This document shows positions 31,048-39,692 of a DNA stretch of 64,000 nucleotides, piece after piece; within the stretch, counting starts at the first letter, position 1; each line of letters opens with the position of its first letter. This stretch comes from Chthonomonas calidirosea (GTDB taxonomy: Bacteria > Armatimonadota > Fimbriimonadia > Fimbriimonadales > Fimbriimonadaceae): assembly GCA_945859975.1 (NCBI GenBank), contig CAMAPH010000004.1, positions 32,001 to 96,000 of the forward strand, in the 5' to 3' direction. The notes beneath the pieces are model-generated. The model was not told where the DNA came from. It searched no databases and saw only the letters and a list, made by a program, of their open reading frames with translations. The translations under genes and the position numbers were made by a program.

Positions 31048-31341
31048 GTGGTCAGCTCTGCGCTCGCACGGTTCAAGTTCATCGGAATGCTCGAAGGCGC
31101 GTCGTTCCTCATCCTTCTTCTCATCGGAATGCCGCTGAAATACATCGCAAAGATGCCGGAGGCGGTTTACATCACGGGAAGTCTGCACGGCTTCTTGTTC
31201 GTGGTGTACATCATCGCCCTTTTGCTCGCCTGGAACAAAGAAAAGTGGCCGTTCAAAACCGCCTTCTTCGCCGGAGTCGCTTCCGTGCTCCCGCTCGGCC
31301 CGTTCGTTTTCGACCGCTGGCTAGAAAAGCAAAAGGCCTAG
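31048..31341 (+). CDS. DUF3817 family membrane protein
   Basis: EGASFL...GMPLKY, HGFLF, ASVLPLGPF. Confidence 0.85.
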   Translation: MVSSALARFKFIGMLEGASFLILLLIGMPLKYIAKMPEAVYITGSLHGFLFVVYIIALLLAWNKEKWPFKTAFFAGVASVLPLGPFVFDRWLEKQKA

Positions 31342-32111
31342 CTCTTCAGAATCTGGACTTCAATCTTTCGGAACTGAACTGGGTGGCTCTCGGACTGAAG
31401 GCTGATCGTGCCTTCCGGAATAAGAAGCTGACCGTCTCGGATCAGCTTCTTGCCATCGGCATCTTTCGGATCAAGCTGCGGCTTCGAATATCGCATCACT
31501 TCTTCGCCGTTGATGCGATGGATGATCTCGCCCTTGCCGTGAACCTCCACCTCGGCGGTCACCCACTGTTCGCCCGGGAAAGTCTTGGAAGTTGACTCCG
31601 TACAATGTTGCGTGTGCAGCTTGCCCTTGTATTCCACATTAGTGCCGGGCGTGCAAAGGTTAGCCGTAGATCGAGTCTGGCCGGCATCGGCACCCAGAAA
31701 CTGGACTTCGATCGAAACCGGGAAGTCCTGATCGAGTCCGATCGTTTCCGGTCGCTGACCGTGGATCATAAAGCCCGAATTCTTGTATGCCCACCCCGGA
31801 CCGCCCTTGCACTGCTCGCCAATGAACCGGTACTCCGCCCGAATCTTATAGCTGCCGTACGGCACTTTGTAATACAAATGCCCATACCGCTCGTTGAAGT
31901 TATCGTACTTTTCGTAGCCAACCGTGATCGCGCCGTCTTGGACCCGGAAGGTGTTGCCGAAGTTGTCACCCAGCTTATAGCCCTTGATCTTCGGCGTCCA
32001 GCCGCTCAGGTCTTTCCCGTTGAAAATGGAGAACCAGTGGCCATCCAAAGTGGAATTGGCCACGGTTGGAGCCAGAAACAGGGCAGCGAGAAGAGCGACC
32101 GGGGCACGCAT
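31338..32111 (-). CDS. Secreted DUF1080 (3-keto-disaccharide hydrolase family) protein
   Basis: FNGKDLSGW, NSG, IEVQ, LQSE..PVQFRKI; ATG 32111 lies 6 nt after TAGCGT. Confidence 0.88.
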   Translation of the reverse strand: MRAPVALLAALFLAPTVANSTLDGHWFSIFNGKDLSGWTPKIKGYKLGDNFGNTFRVQDGAITVGYEKYDNFNERYGHLYYKVPYGSYKIRAEYRFIGEQCKGGPGWAYKNSGFMIHGQRPETIGLDQDFPVSIEVQFLGADAGQTRSTANLCTPGTNVEYKGKLHTQHCTESTSKTFPGEQWVTAEVEVHGKGEIIHRINGEEVMRYSKPQLDPKDADGKKLIRDGQLLIPEGTISLQSESHPVQFRKIEVQILKS

Positions 32112-32136
32112 CACACAACGCTACCCCGAACGATGG

Positions 32137-34527
32137 TCAGTCTTCGTCGCGAACGTCCATCCCGAACCGGCGAACCGCGCCCGGATACGGCACGTTGCCC
32201 TTCACGCTCCGCCAAATCGCTTCGTTCAAAGCGATTTCCTGGCTCAGCGTCAACTGGTCGGGCTCGGAGAAGTCGATCGCTGCGAGCAGCGGAGTTTCTT
32301 TCGCCGCCGGATTCTTAGCTTCGAGGTCCGTCTTCGGCCGCTTGGCCACATACGGCGTGAGATCTGGCTTGTTGTGGAAGCTGCGATACATCGGCGTCGC
32401 CGCGGCATCGAACTGGCTCATCGGCTGCAGGCCCAGGATCAACTCGATGGTTCGGACGGTCGAAGTCGTCGTGTAGTGAGTTCGGTCCAGGCCCGAGTTC
32501 CGGGTGTACGGAGAAATCACGAGGCTGACCGTTCGGTGCGCGTCCACGTGGTCGGGACCGTTTTGCGCGTCGTCTTCCAGAACGAAGATTGCGAACTTCG
32601 ACCAGTAACTGCTCTTGGAGATCGTCTCAACGAGCTTGCCAAGACCGTAGTCGTTGCTTGCCACCGATGCCTGTGGGGTAAAGGCTCCGGCCCGGGTTCC
32701 ACTCGTGTGGTCTTCGCTCAGGGCCATCACCATGAAGTCCGGCATGGTCTTCTTCGCTTCGAATTCCTTGAACTCGTTGATGAAGATGTCGACCGCTTTG
32801 TAGTCGCGCTCGTTCTTTGATCGCGCCGAAGCCCAGGCGTCGCTGCGCCGATCGGTGGTGTGATAGTAGTAGGTTCGATATGTCTTCCCGGCCCGACGAA
32901 CCTGGTCCCAGATGAAGCCCGATGGGGTCGTCGAGAGTTCCAAGCTCAACCGCGGTGTTCCCTTTCCGCTGTACTGCTGCGGCCAGGTGCGCTGCATGAA
33001 GTCCGGAACGTAAGCGCCCTTACTCCAATGGTGCCCGTCAACCGAGACTTCTCCGCTCGCATAAAAGTTGTCTTGTAGAACGAAGTCCATTGCCAGTTGG
33101 CGGTGGTTCGGGGCGACGTCTTCTCCGAACAAAGTCAGTTTCGGATCACCGTTACCGTACGGCTTCCCGTTCTTCTTCAGGTCGCCGAACATCTGGTCGT
33201 AGGTTCGGTTTTCCTTGATGATGTACAGAACGTGCTTGATCGGCGATGGGTCGCCGAGGCGACTTGGGATTGGGCTCGTGCCAGCTTTCGGCGCGGTCAG
33301 TGGCTTTTCCACGACGCCTTCTCGGTACGGCGACAGATCGCGGACCTGCTTCGACATCTTGTCCAGCTCCGCTCCCTTCGGCACATCGACCTTTGTGAGC
33401 AGGCCTTTGAGGAGAACAACGATGTACGGATATCCCTTTGGCGCGATTGGATCGATCTTCTCGGTGTCGCCGTTCGGTCCGGTTCCATACCCTTTACCAG
33501 CAGCAGCAAGGAGCGTCTTGCCATCGGCGAGCACGCCGAGCGCGGTCGGATAAGCGCCGGTCGGAACAAACCCTTCCACCCGGGTCGCCATTCGGTCGGC
33601 GATATTCAAGATTCCGACGCAGTTGTTGTCTGAGTTTGCTACGTAGAGTCGCTTTCCGTCGGCGGTCAGGGCCAGTGCATGCGGGGTGGAGCCGGCCGGC
33701 GCATTGGGCCAAGGTCGGGTGTTGATTCGCTCTTCCCGCGTGCCGGTGTAGAGGTCGAAGATGTCAACCGTGTCGTCGTTTCCGCATGAGACAAAAAGTC
33801 GATCGCCCTGCACGAGCAGGTCGTTCGGGTGCCGTCCGGTTGCGTAGCTCTTCGTGATCGTGAATTCCGTCGCGTCGATTCGGATGGCTCGCTCTGCGCC
33901 TTGAAGCGAAACGAGCATGTCGTAGCCCACGCGTCGAACCTGGTGCGGAGATGACCCAACCGGCAACGCCAGCTTAGCGACGGACGCGCCCGTTTCGAGG
34001 TCAATCTTGCGGAGCTCATCTCCGGCCGCAAGGGCGACGACAACATACTTTTCATCCGCCGTTAGCTGTAACCCAGCCAGCCAGCCGGTGTTGCCCTTGA
34101 TCTCGGTAACCGGCAAAGTCTTTTCGAGTTTGAGTTCTCCATCCAGCGCGACCGAAACGATGTGAATGTTATTCCCGGTCCCGCCGCTCACCACGAGCTT
34201 GCTCGAATCTGCCATCCAAGCCATGCCGATCCACGCGCGGCCGAGGCTTAACTTCTTGGCAACTTTGCCCGTAGCAGCATCGACTACGAAGAGCTGATGA
34301 CTCCCTTGCCCCGCCGAAACGAAAGCGATCCATTTTCCGTTCGGGCTTGACACCCCACCCGCCGCGAGGTCGCCAATGGTTTCGCTCGGACCTGCCGGGG
34401 AGATTCGCCAACCAGAAGGGAGATAGGTCGCTACTTTCGGCTGAAAAGCGGTGAACGCAACGGCCGAGGCAACAACGGCGATTCCGGCGATGAGAGTTAG
34501 CTTCTTGTTCATTTCTGGGATTCTCAC
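32137..34527 (-). CDS. Secreted YncE-type beta-propeller / alkaline-phosphatase-superfamily phosphoesterase
   Basis: Propeller repeats then IKHVLYIIKENRTYDQMFGD, DNFY..GEVSVDGH, DHT, EDDAQNGPDHVDAHR; start GTG 34527 or ATG 34512. Confidence 0.88.
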   Translation of the reverse strand: MRIPEMNKKLTLIAGIAVVASAVAFTAFQPKVATYLPSGWRISPAGPSETIGDLAAGGVSSPNGKWIAFVSAGQGSHQLFVVDAATGKVAKKLSLGRAWIGMAWMADSSKLVVSGGTGNNIHIVSVALDGELKLEKTLPVTEIKGNTGWLAGLQLTADEKYVVVALAAGDELRKIDLETGASVAKLALPVGSSPHQVRRVGYDMLVSLQGAERAIRIDATEFTITKSYATGRHPNDLLVQGDRLFVSCGNDDTVDIFDLYTGTREERINTRPWPNAPAGSTPHALALTADGKRLYVANSDNNCVGILNIADRMATRVEGFVPTGAYPTALGVLADGKTLLAAAGKGYGTGPNGDTEKIDPIAPKGYPYIVVLLKGLLTKVDVPKGAELDKMSKQVRDLSPYREGVVEKPLTAPKAGTSPIPSRLGDPSPIKHVLYIIKENRTYDQMFGDLKKNGKPYGNGDPKLTLFGEDVAPNHRQLAMDFVLQDNFYASGEVSVDGHHWSKGAYVPDFMQRTWPQQYSGKGTPRLSLELSTTPSGFIWDQVRRAGKTYRTYYYHTTDRRSDAWASARSKNERDYKAVDIFINEFKEFEAKKTMPDFMVMALSEDHTSGTRAGAFTPQASVASNDYGLGKLVETISKSSYWSKFAIFVLEDDAQNGPDHVDAHRTVSLVISPYTRNSGLDRTHYTTTSTVRTIELILGLQPMSQFDAAATPMYRSFHNKPDLTPYVAKRPKTDLEAKNPAAKETPLLAAIDFSEPDQLTLSQEIALNEAIWRSVKGNVPYPGAVRRFGMDVRDED

Positions 34528-35387
34528 TTGCCCGCTTCGACCTTCGGAAGCGTGCTGACGATATCACGAAGCATCTTCTGCTCCTTCACGACAACTTGAG
34601 CCATAAGCTCGTCTACCTTTGCCTGCTTGGCCTCATCCGCCAGAGGCTTCTTGATGGCCACATCTTCGATCTCGGCCTTGCTCAGCCCAGCTTCTTTGCC
34701 GACCTCGCCGATCACGTTTCCAAGCTGGGTGCTCTGCTTCTCTCGGTACGACTTGCTCCAGCTCTTAAAGGCCGCCTGGTCTTTCTCCCAAGCCTTCGCG
34801 ATCTCCGGCGCGGACTTTGTGTAGTGCTTGATGCCGTCGGTGTACACCTGATTGATCAGCGACACGCCAGAAGCGACGCTCAGCGTGGTAATCGGCTCGA
34901 GCCCAATGATTCGGTAGCTCGCGAGCCTTAGCGCGGCAAAGTAATCGCTCGCGTCCTTGCCTTTCTCGGTCGCAAGCTTCTCACCGTGATTGGAGAGCGC
35001 GCGCAGAACGCTCAAACTCGACTCGTTCTCATAAGCCGGGAGCTCAGGGATGTAGTGAATGACATCCTTCTTTTCGTTGCCGGCAAGAAGCGACTTCAAA
35101 GCAGCGGATGTGTCGCCTTCCTTTGCGGCGACGGCGGCGCGAAGATAGTCCGTAAATCCGTTCTCGGGTTTCGCTTCTTCGGCGGTTTTCAGATACTCAC
35201 GCGCTTTTGCGGGTTCGAAGCTGGCGGTTTCGGAAACGCCCTTGAATGCGGCCCCTACCGTTGCATCAACATATTTCTGGTCCGGCGATTCGTTGGACTT
35301 CAGAATGTCTCCCCCGCGGGAGGCCCAAAGAAATCCGGCGACGGCCAAGAGAACGAATGCGATGGCGGGTAAGAACTTTTTTATCAT
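34524..35387 (-). CDS. Hypothetical exported alpha-helical protein
   Basis: N-terminal hydrophobic anchor, Lys/Ala-rich helical body; stop overlaps next gene start. Confidence 0.75.
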   Translation of the reverse strand: MIKKFLPAIAFVLLAVAGFLWASRGGDILKSNESPDQKYVDATVGAAFKGVSETASFEPAKAREYLKTAEEAKPENGFTDYLRAAVAAKEGDTSAALKSLLAGNEKKDVIHYIPELPAYENESSLSVLRALSNHGEKLATEKGKDASDYFAALRLASYRIIGLEPITTLSVASGVSLINQVYTDGIKHYTKSAPEIAKAWEKDQAAFKSWSKSYREKQSTQLGNVIGEVGKEAGLSKAEIEDVAIKKPLADEAKQAKVDELMAQVVVKEQKMLRDIVSTLPKVEAGK

Positions 35388-35422
35388 GGGTGGGCTGCGC
35401 AAAGAGTAGCGGTTTTGCCGAG

Positions 35423-35453
35423 AAAAGGGTCCATCCCTTCCGGAATGGACCCT
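35423..35453 (-). terminator. Hairpin / weak terminator after prepilin-like gene 1
   Basis: AGGGTCCAT/ATGGACCCT stem, short T-run on the minus strand. Confidence 0.65.
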
Positions 35454-35469
35454 GAGTTACGCGTTGACC

Positions 35470-36372
35470 TTATCGGTCGCAGCCGGCTTCTTTGACAGGG
35501 AAGCCGCAGTAATCTCTGCTCTCGGTTTCCCAATAGGTGAAGATTCCAGCCTGCTGGTATTCCCAAACGAGCTGTCGGATGGACTTCGCGGTGCCGGTGC
35601 TGGTTCGGTAATCCAGTTCCTTCTGGTACTTCGCGTGACCGTCTGCGAACGACCAGTTTCGGCCGCCCGTGTGTCGCTGTCCTCGCTCCCATCGACCGGT
35701 TCCGTTTCCGAGGTTGCCATAACCTGGGACGGTGTACCAACCGGAGAAGTTGAGGCCGCTGACTCGGGTCGAACCAACGTCGGTCGAGTAGAACATGTTG
35801 GCTGGCGTACCGATCTGGCTGAGGTTTCGGCCTCGATCGCCGGTCCATGGGCCCTCGCTGACTCGTCGGTAGCCTGGCATCAGAAGGTAGTTACCAGCGT
35901 ACGACGCAGGAAGAACCTTAACGAACTCGAGTCCGTTGTTGACGTCGGCCATGCCAACGTAAGCGCCTGGGACGCCAGCCGCCAAGAACATCTTTTCGAA
36001 GCAGCCTTCACCTGGCTTTCCGAAAACGCCCTTGTCAGCGTCGGCTGGACAAGCGATCATCTGCCAGTTCTTGCTGTATGGGAAGATGCCGGTGAGGAAG
36101 CTCTGAACACCCGAGAATTCGTCGTTGAGACCAGCGGTTCCGCCTGGAGCCGAGCAGGGTCCGATCCAGCCGGTTTCAGGAAGCATGTCATCGTAATCCG
36201 AGCTATAAAGAATAACCGCGGTACCGATCTGCTTCTGGTTGCTCAAAGATGTGGTTTTCTTTGCCGCTGCCTTGGCCTGGGCGAAAACTGGGAATAGGAT
36301 GGCGGCGAGAATCGCAATAATCGCGATAACGACGAGAAGTTCAATTAACGTAAAAGCATGCTTCTTGTGCAC
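35470..36372 (-). CDS. Prepilin-type N-terminal cleavage/methylation protein (DUF1559-like, H-X9-DG)
   Basis: KKHA-FTLIELLVVIAIIAILAAILFPVFAQAK; C-terminal H-TGGRNWSFA-DG; GGAG SD upstream. Confidence 0.93.
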   Translation of the reverse strand: MHKKHAFTLIELLVVIAIIAILAAILFPVFAQAKAAAKKTTSLSNQKQIGTAVILYSSDYDDMLPETGWIGPCSAPGGTAGLNDEFSGVQSFLTGIFPYSKNWQMIACPADADKGVFGKPGEGCFEKMFLAAGVPGAYVGMADVNNGLEFVKVLPASYAGNYLLMPGYRRVSEGPWTGDRGRNLSQIGTPANMFYSTDVGSTRVSGLNFSGWYTVPGYGNLGNGTGRWERGQRHTGGRNWSFADGHAKYQKELDYRTSTGTAKSIRQLVWEYQQAGIFTYWETESRDYCGFPVKEAGCDR

Positions 36373-36420
36373 AATAGTCTCCTCCGGCTACCCGGACTGC
36401 CTAGCATAGGCATCGACCTT

Positions 36421-36484
36421 GTTAAGCAAGGGTTAAGTTTTCGTTAAATCGTTCATAACAAATGAACCTTAACAGCATGTTAAC
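36421..36484. promoter_or_regulatory. Back-to-back Pho-box-like arrays in the divergent promoter region
   Basis: GTTAAG(36421), GTTAAG(36432), GTTAAA(36443) read as three YTTAAC on the minus strand; CTTAAC(36468), GTTAAC(36479) on plus; all 11-bp period. Confidence 0.75.
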
Positions 36485-36508
36485 CGTCAAAGGCGGCTTA
36501 CTTAGCTT

Positions 36509-36865
36509 ATGCGACGACTCATTTGGGCGGTTCTTCTGCTATCGGCTTTTGCACTAGTTGGGTGTGGAGAGTCCTCGGCACCGGTAAGCAGCGAGCAGAC
36601 CCGAGAAATGACCAGCACCCCATGGGGGATGTTCAGCGGCACCGGAAGAAGCGAAGGCATGCAAGTTCAATTTGATGCTGGAAACGAGATGACCTTCACC
36701 GATTCGACCGGCGCAAAGTCCGGAACGTACACCATGGACGAGGCAGCAAAACAGATCACCGTTGACCTCAATGGGCAGAAGCAAGTGTGGGGTTACAAGC
36801 GAGATGGCCTGAATCTAGAGATCACCTTCCAGGATGGTCGCACCGGCACGTTCACGATGCAGTGA
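36509..36865 (+). CDS. Hypothetical lipoprotein
   Basis: Lipobox LVGC, beta-rich 118-aa protein. Confidence 0.8.
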   Translation: MRRLIWAVLLLSAFALVGCGESSAPVSSEQTREMTSTPWGMFSGTGRSEGMQVQFDAGNEMTFTDSTGAKSGTYTMDEAAKQITVDLNGQKQVWGYKRDGLNLEITFQDGRTGTFTMQ

Positions 36866-36872
36866 TCGAAGT

Positions 36873-36889
36873 CTTAACAAATGCTTAAC
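36873..36889 (+). promoter_or_regulatory. Pho-box-like repeat overlapping the halogenase start
   Basis: CTTAAC(36873)-AAATG-CTTAAC(36884). Confidence 0.55.
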
Positions 36890-38581
36890 TATGACGTCGC
36901 AATCATCGGGGGCGGTCCTGCCGGGAGTACGCTCGGTACCTTAATCAAGAAGTACGCACCAGATGCTTCCGTAGTCATATTGGAACGCGAGCAGTTTCCC
37001 CGTGAGCATGTCGGGGAAAGCCAGCTACCCCTTATCGGAAGCATCCTCGATGAGATGGGAGTCTGGGAGAAAGTCGAAGCCGCCAACTTCCCCATCAAAA
37101 TAGGCGCCACCTACCGCTGGGGCAAAACGGACGACCTTTGGGATTTCGAGTTTCTCCCGGGCAAAGACTTCGTCGGCGGAGATCGTCCGGCAAAGTACGA
37201 AGGTGAACGCCGCAAGACCGCATTCCAGGTCGAACGGTCCATCTACGACAAAATCCTCCTCGACCACGCCCGAGAATGCGGCTGCGAAGTTCGAGAAAAC
37301 ACGTCCGTCACCCAAGTTCTCCATGAGGGCGGGGCGGTTACCGGACTCCAGACCACAGGCGGTGAAGTCAAAGCCAAATACTATGTCGACGGAAGCGGAA
37401 ATGCCGCGATCCTTCGCCGCGCACTTGGCGTTACGGTTGACGAACCAAGCCGACTGAAGAACGTCGCCTTCTGGTCCTATTGGGACGATGCCGAGTGGGC
37501 GGTGACCCTTGGCAAGGGTGGAACGCGGGTCAATGTCATGAGTCTCGGGTACGGCTGGCTCTGGTTCATCCCGATCTCCGCCACCCGAGTCAGCGTCGGC
37601 CTCGTTCTCCCTGCCGATGCGTACAAAGCCAAGAAGCTCCGCCCAGAAGATCTGTACCTTGAGGCGATCCAGAGCGAAGCGCTGATTTCGAAGCTCTTAA
37701 GAAACGCGACTCAACATGGACCCGTCCACGGAACAAAGGACTGGTCCTTCGTTGCCAACCAAATGGCCGGGCCGAACTGGTACTTGGTTGGGGAAGCTGC
37801 CGGATTTGCTGATCCCATCCTCGCCGCCGGTCTCACTCTCACCCACACCGGTGCACGCGAGCTTGCGTACATCCTTGTGGATCACCTGAAAGGAACAAAT
37901 GATCGCGATTGGCTGGCTTCGCACTACCAAGTCACCCAACAAAAGCGGATTCGCCAGCACATCCGCTTTGCAGACTACTGGTACACCGCCAACGCTCACT
38001 TCTCCGAACTCAAGGAGTTCGTCACCGAAATCGCAAAAGACGCGGGATTGGAGCTGACGCCGAACGAAGCCTTCCAGTGGCTCGGTACTGGCGGATTCAT
38101 CAACGATGACTGGCGCGTGGCGCGGGTAGCAACGTTCGCCCTTGGCGCGACCAAGCAGCTCACCCAGTTCTTCGGCGAAGGCGATTCCACTTGGGAAATT
38201 TCGAAGTTCAGCCGCTTCCGAGCTAATCTTGCGGGTGCCGAAGTCGAGACCGTCCCCGCGTTCCACATGGGCCAAATCTTGCTTAAGCAGTCTCTCCGCC
38301 GAGGTGAGGAAGTGCTGCCTCTGGTCGGCGTCTACCAAAAGTTGGCCGACTTTCTACAGCTCGAACGTACCGCGCAAGAGGTTCAAACCTTTCTATCGAT
38401 CACATGCCCGTCCCCGGTGGCGTATACCAACGGCATCGAAGTCTTCGAAGCGATGCTCGTTGCCGGCTGGGTCACCGGCCGCTGCGGGGCCGGCATACCA
38501 GGGTTCGAAATCCGCACTCCCGACCAGTCCGAGGTTCTACATCTGAACAATGATCAAGTAGAACCAATGATGAATTCTTAA
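36881..38581 (+). CDS. Flavin-dependent halogenase family protein
   Basis: GGGPAG FAD motif, FPREHVGES, FPIK (position of catalytic Lys), WLWFIP (WxWxIP), GEAAGFADP. Confidence 0.85.
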   Translation: MLNYDVAIIGGGPAGSTLGTLIKKYAPDASVVILEREQFPREHVGESQLPLIGSILDEMGVWEKVEAANFPIKIGATYRWGKTDDLWDFEFLPGKDFVGGDRPAKYEGERRKTAFQVERSIYDKILLDHARECGCEVRENTSVTQVLHEGGAVTGLQTTGGEVKAKYYVDGSGNAAILRRALGVTVDEPSRLKNVAFWSYWDDAEWAVTLGKGGTRVNVMSLGYGWLWFIPISATRVSVGLVLPADAYKAKKLRPEDLYLEAIQSEALISKLLRNATQHGPVHGTKDWSFVANQMAGPNWYLVGEAAGFADPILAAGLTLTHTGARELAYILVDHLKGTNDRDWLASHYQVTQQKRIRQHIRFADYWYTANAHFSELKEFVTEIAKDAGLELTPNEAFQWLGTGGFINDDWRVARVATFALGATKQLTQFFGEGDSTWEISKFSRFRANLAGAEVETVPAFHMGQILLKQSLRRGEEVLPLVGVYQKLADFLQLERTAQEVQTFLSITCPSPVAYTNGIEVFEAMLVAGWVTGRCGAGIPGFEIRTPDQSEVLHLNNDQVEPMMNS

Positions 38582-38611
38582 CAGTCACTTAACGCAATGG
38601 CGGAATACTCT
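38577..38611 (+). promoter_or_regulatory. Pho-box-like repeat plus candidate -10 upstream of prepilin-like gene 2
   Basis: CTTAAC(38577)-AGTCA-CTTAAC(38588), then TACTCT at 38606. Confidence 0.7.
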
Positions 38612-38641
38612 TGCCCATCTGCGATTCCGCAGGTGAGCAAT

Positions 38642-39625
38642 ATGAAAAAGGCATTCACCCTCATCGAACTTTTGGTTGTTATTGCAATCATCGCAATCCT
38701 GGCCGCCATTCTCTTCCCTGTTTTCGCTCAGGCAAAGCAGGCCGCTAAGAAGACTGCCGACCTCAGCAACACCAAGCAGATCGGTCTCGGACTTCAGCTT
38801 TACATCGCAGACACGGACGACATGTTCCCGCCAAGCAACCACCGCGAGAACAACTCGTCGGCGAACGAAGTTCACTGGAGCTGGATGATTCTTCCTTACA
38901 TCAAGAGCGAGCAGCTGTTCGTTTCTCCAGCCGACACGATTGGCGGATGGGCACCGGGTTGCTTCAACGAAGCAAACAACAACCGAGGTTTCGGCAAGCC
39001 AGGAATCCAGCTTAATGGCTGCGTTCAGCAGGGCTACCAGGCTGGCGTCTTCACCCTTCAGGTCGGACGAATCTCCTACGTTGCTAACCAGGCCATCATC
39101 GGTCGAAAGCGACAAGACAGCGACACGTCGAACGTTGTTAGCTCAACCGCGATCGACGGCGTGAGCTCCACCATCCTCGTTGCACCAGCCACCGAAAAGC
39201 AGTTCTGCATGCAGACCACGGCCGGCGGCGAATTCCGCAGCTACCGACCAGCTTTCGGTATCGGACGAAGCGGACAGCGAGACCTCAGCGGTTCTTCGCT
39301 TCCTTCCGCAGCTGACCTTCCGCTCGAAGCACTCACCGTTAGCGGCGCAAACACCGCCACCGGAAAGTGGGCTGGAAAGGGCACCGTCGGTCAGGTCTTC
39401 GATTGCGAACTCCGAACCACCAACGGCGGCGCAACCCACACCCTTCGATACACGAACGGTGGCCGATTCGACCAGGGCAACAACTACGTCTTCGCAGACT
39501 CGTCCGCGAAGTTCCGAAACACGTTGCAGACCTTCGATGTCCGCAACTACGCTTGGGGCAAGCAGGCCTACTCGCTCGGCGGCAGCGTTGTTGTCGACCC
39601 AGCGACCGGCTTCCCAGTCAACTGA
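38642..39625 (+). CDS. Prepilin-type N-terminal cleavage/methylation protein (DUF1559-like)
   Basis: MKKA-FTLIELLVVIAIIAILAAILFPVFAQAK; AGGTGA SD; C-terminal F-DQGNNYVFA-DS variant of H-X9-DG. Confidence 0.93.
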   Translation: MKKAFTLIELLVVIAIIAILAAILFPVFAQAKQAAKKTADLSNTKQIGLGLQLYIADTDDMFPPSNHRENNSSANEVHWSWMILPYIKSEQLFVSPADTIGGWAPGCFNEANNNRGFGKPGIQLNGCVQQGYQAGVFTLQVGRISYVANQAIIGRKRQDSDTSNVVSSTAIDGVSSTILVAPATEKQFCMQTTAGGEFRSYRPAFGIGRSGQRDLSGSSLPSAADLPLEALTVSGANTATGKWAGKGTVGQVFDCELRTTNGGATHTLRYTNGGRFDQGNNYVFADSSAKFRNTLQTFDVRNYAWGKQAYSLGGSVVVDPATGFPVN

Positions 39626-39645
39626 GCTTAAGCTCACATTCACGC

Positions 39646-39675
39646 GATGGCTACCGGGTACACCCGGTAGCCATC
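39646..39675. repeat. Perfect 13-bp intergenic hairpin between prepilin gene and phytase
   Basis: GATGGCTACCGGG-TACA-CCCGGTAGCCATC, no U-tract. Confidence 0.75.
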
Positions 39676-39692
39676 ACTGCGTCTACACCGCC

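Noticed and set aside
39180..39692. Upstream extensions of ORF-track calls (phytase, cydB, hslU, PEP-CTERM, antiporter, S9 peptidase)
   Set aside because: They overlap neighbouring genes; downstream starts with a signal peptide, SD or -10 element fit better
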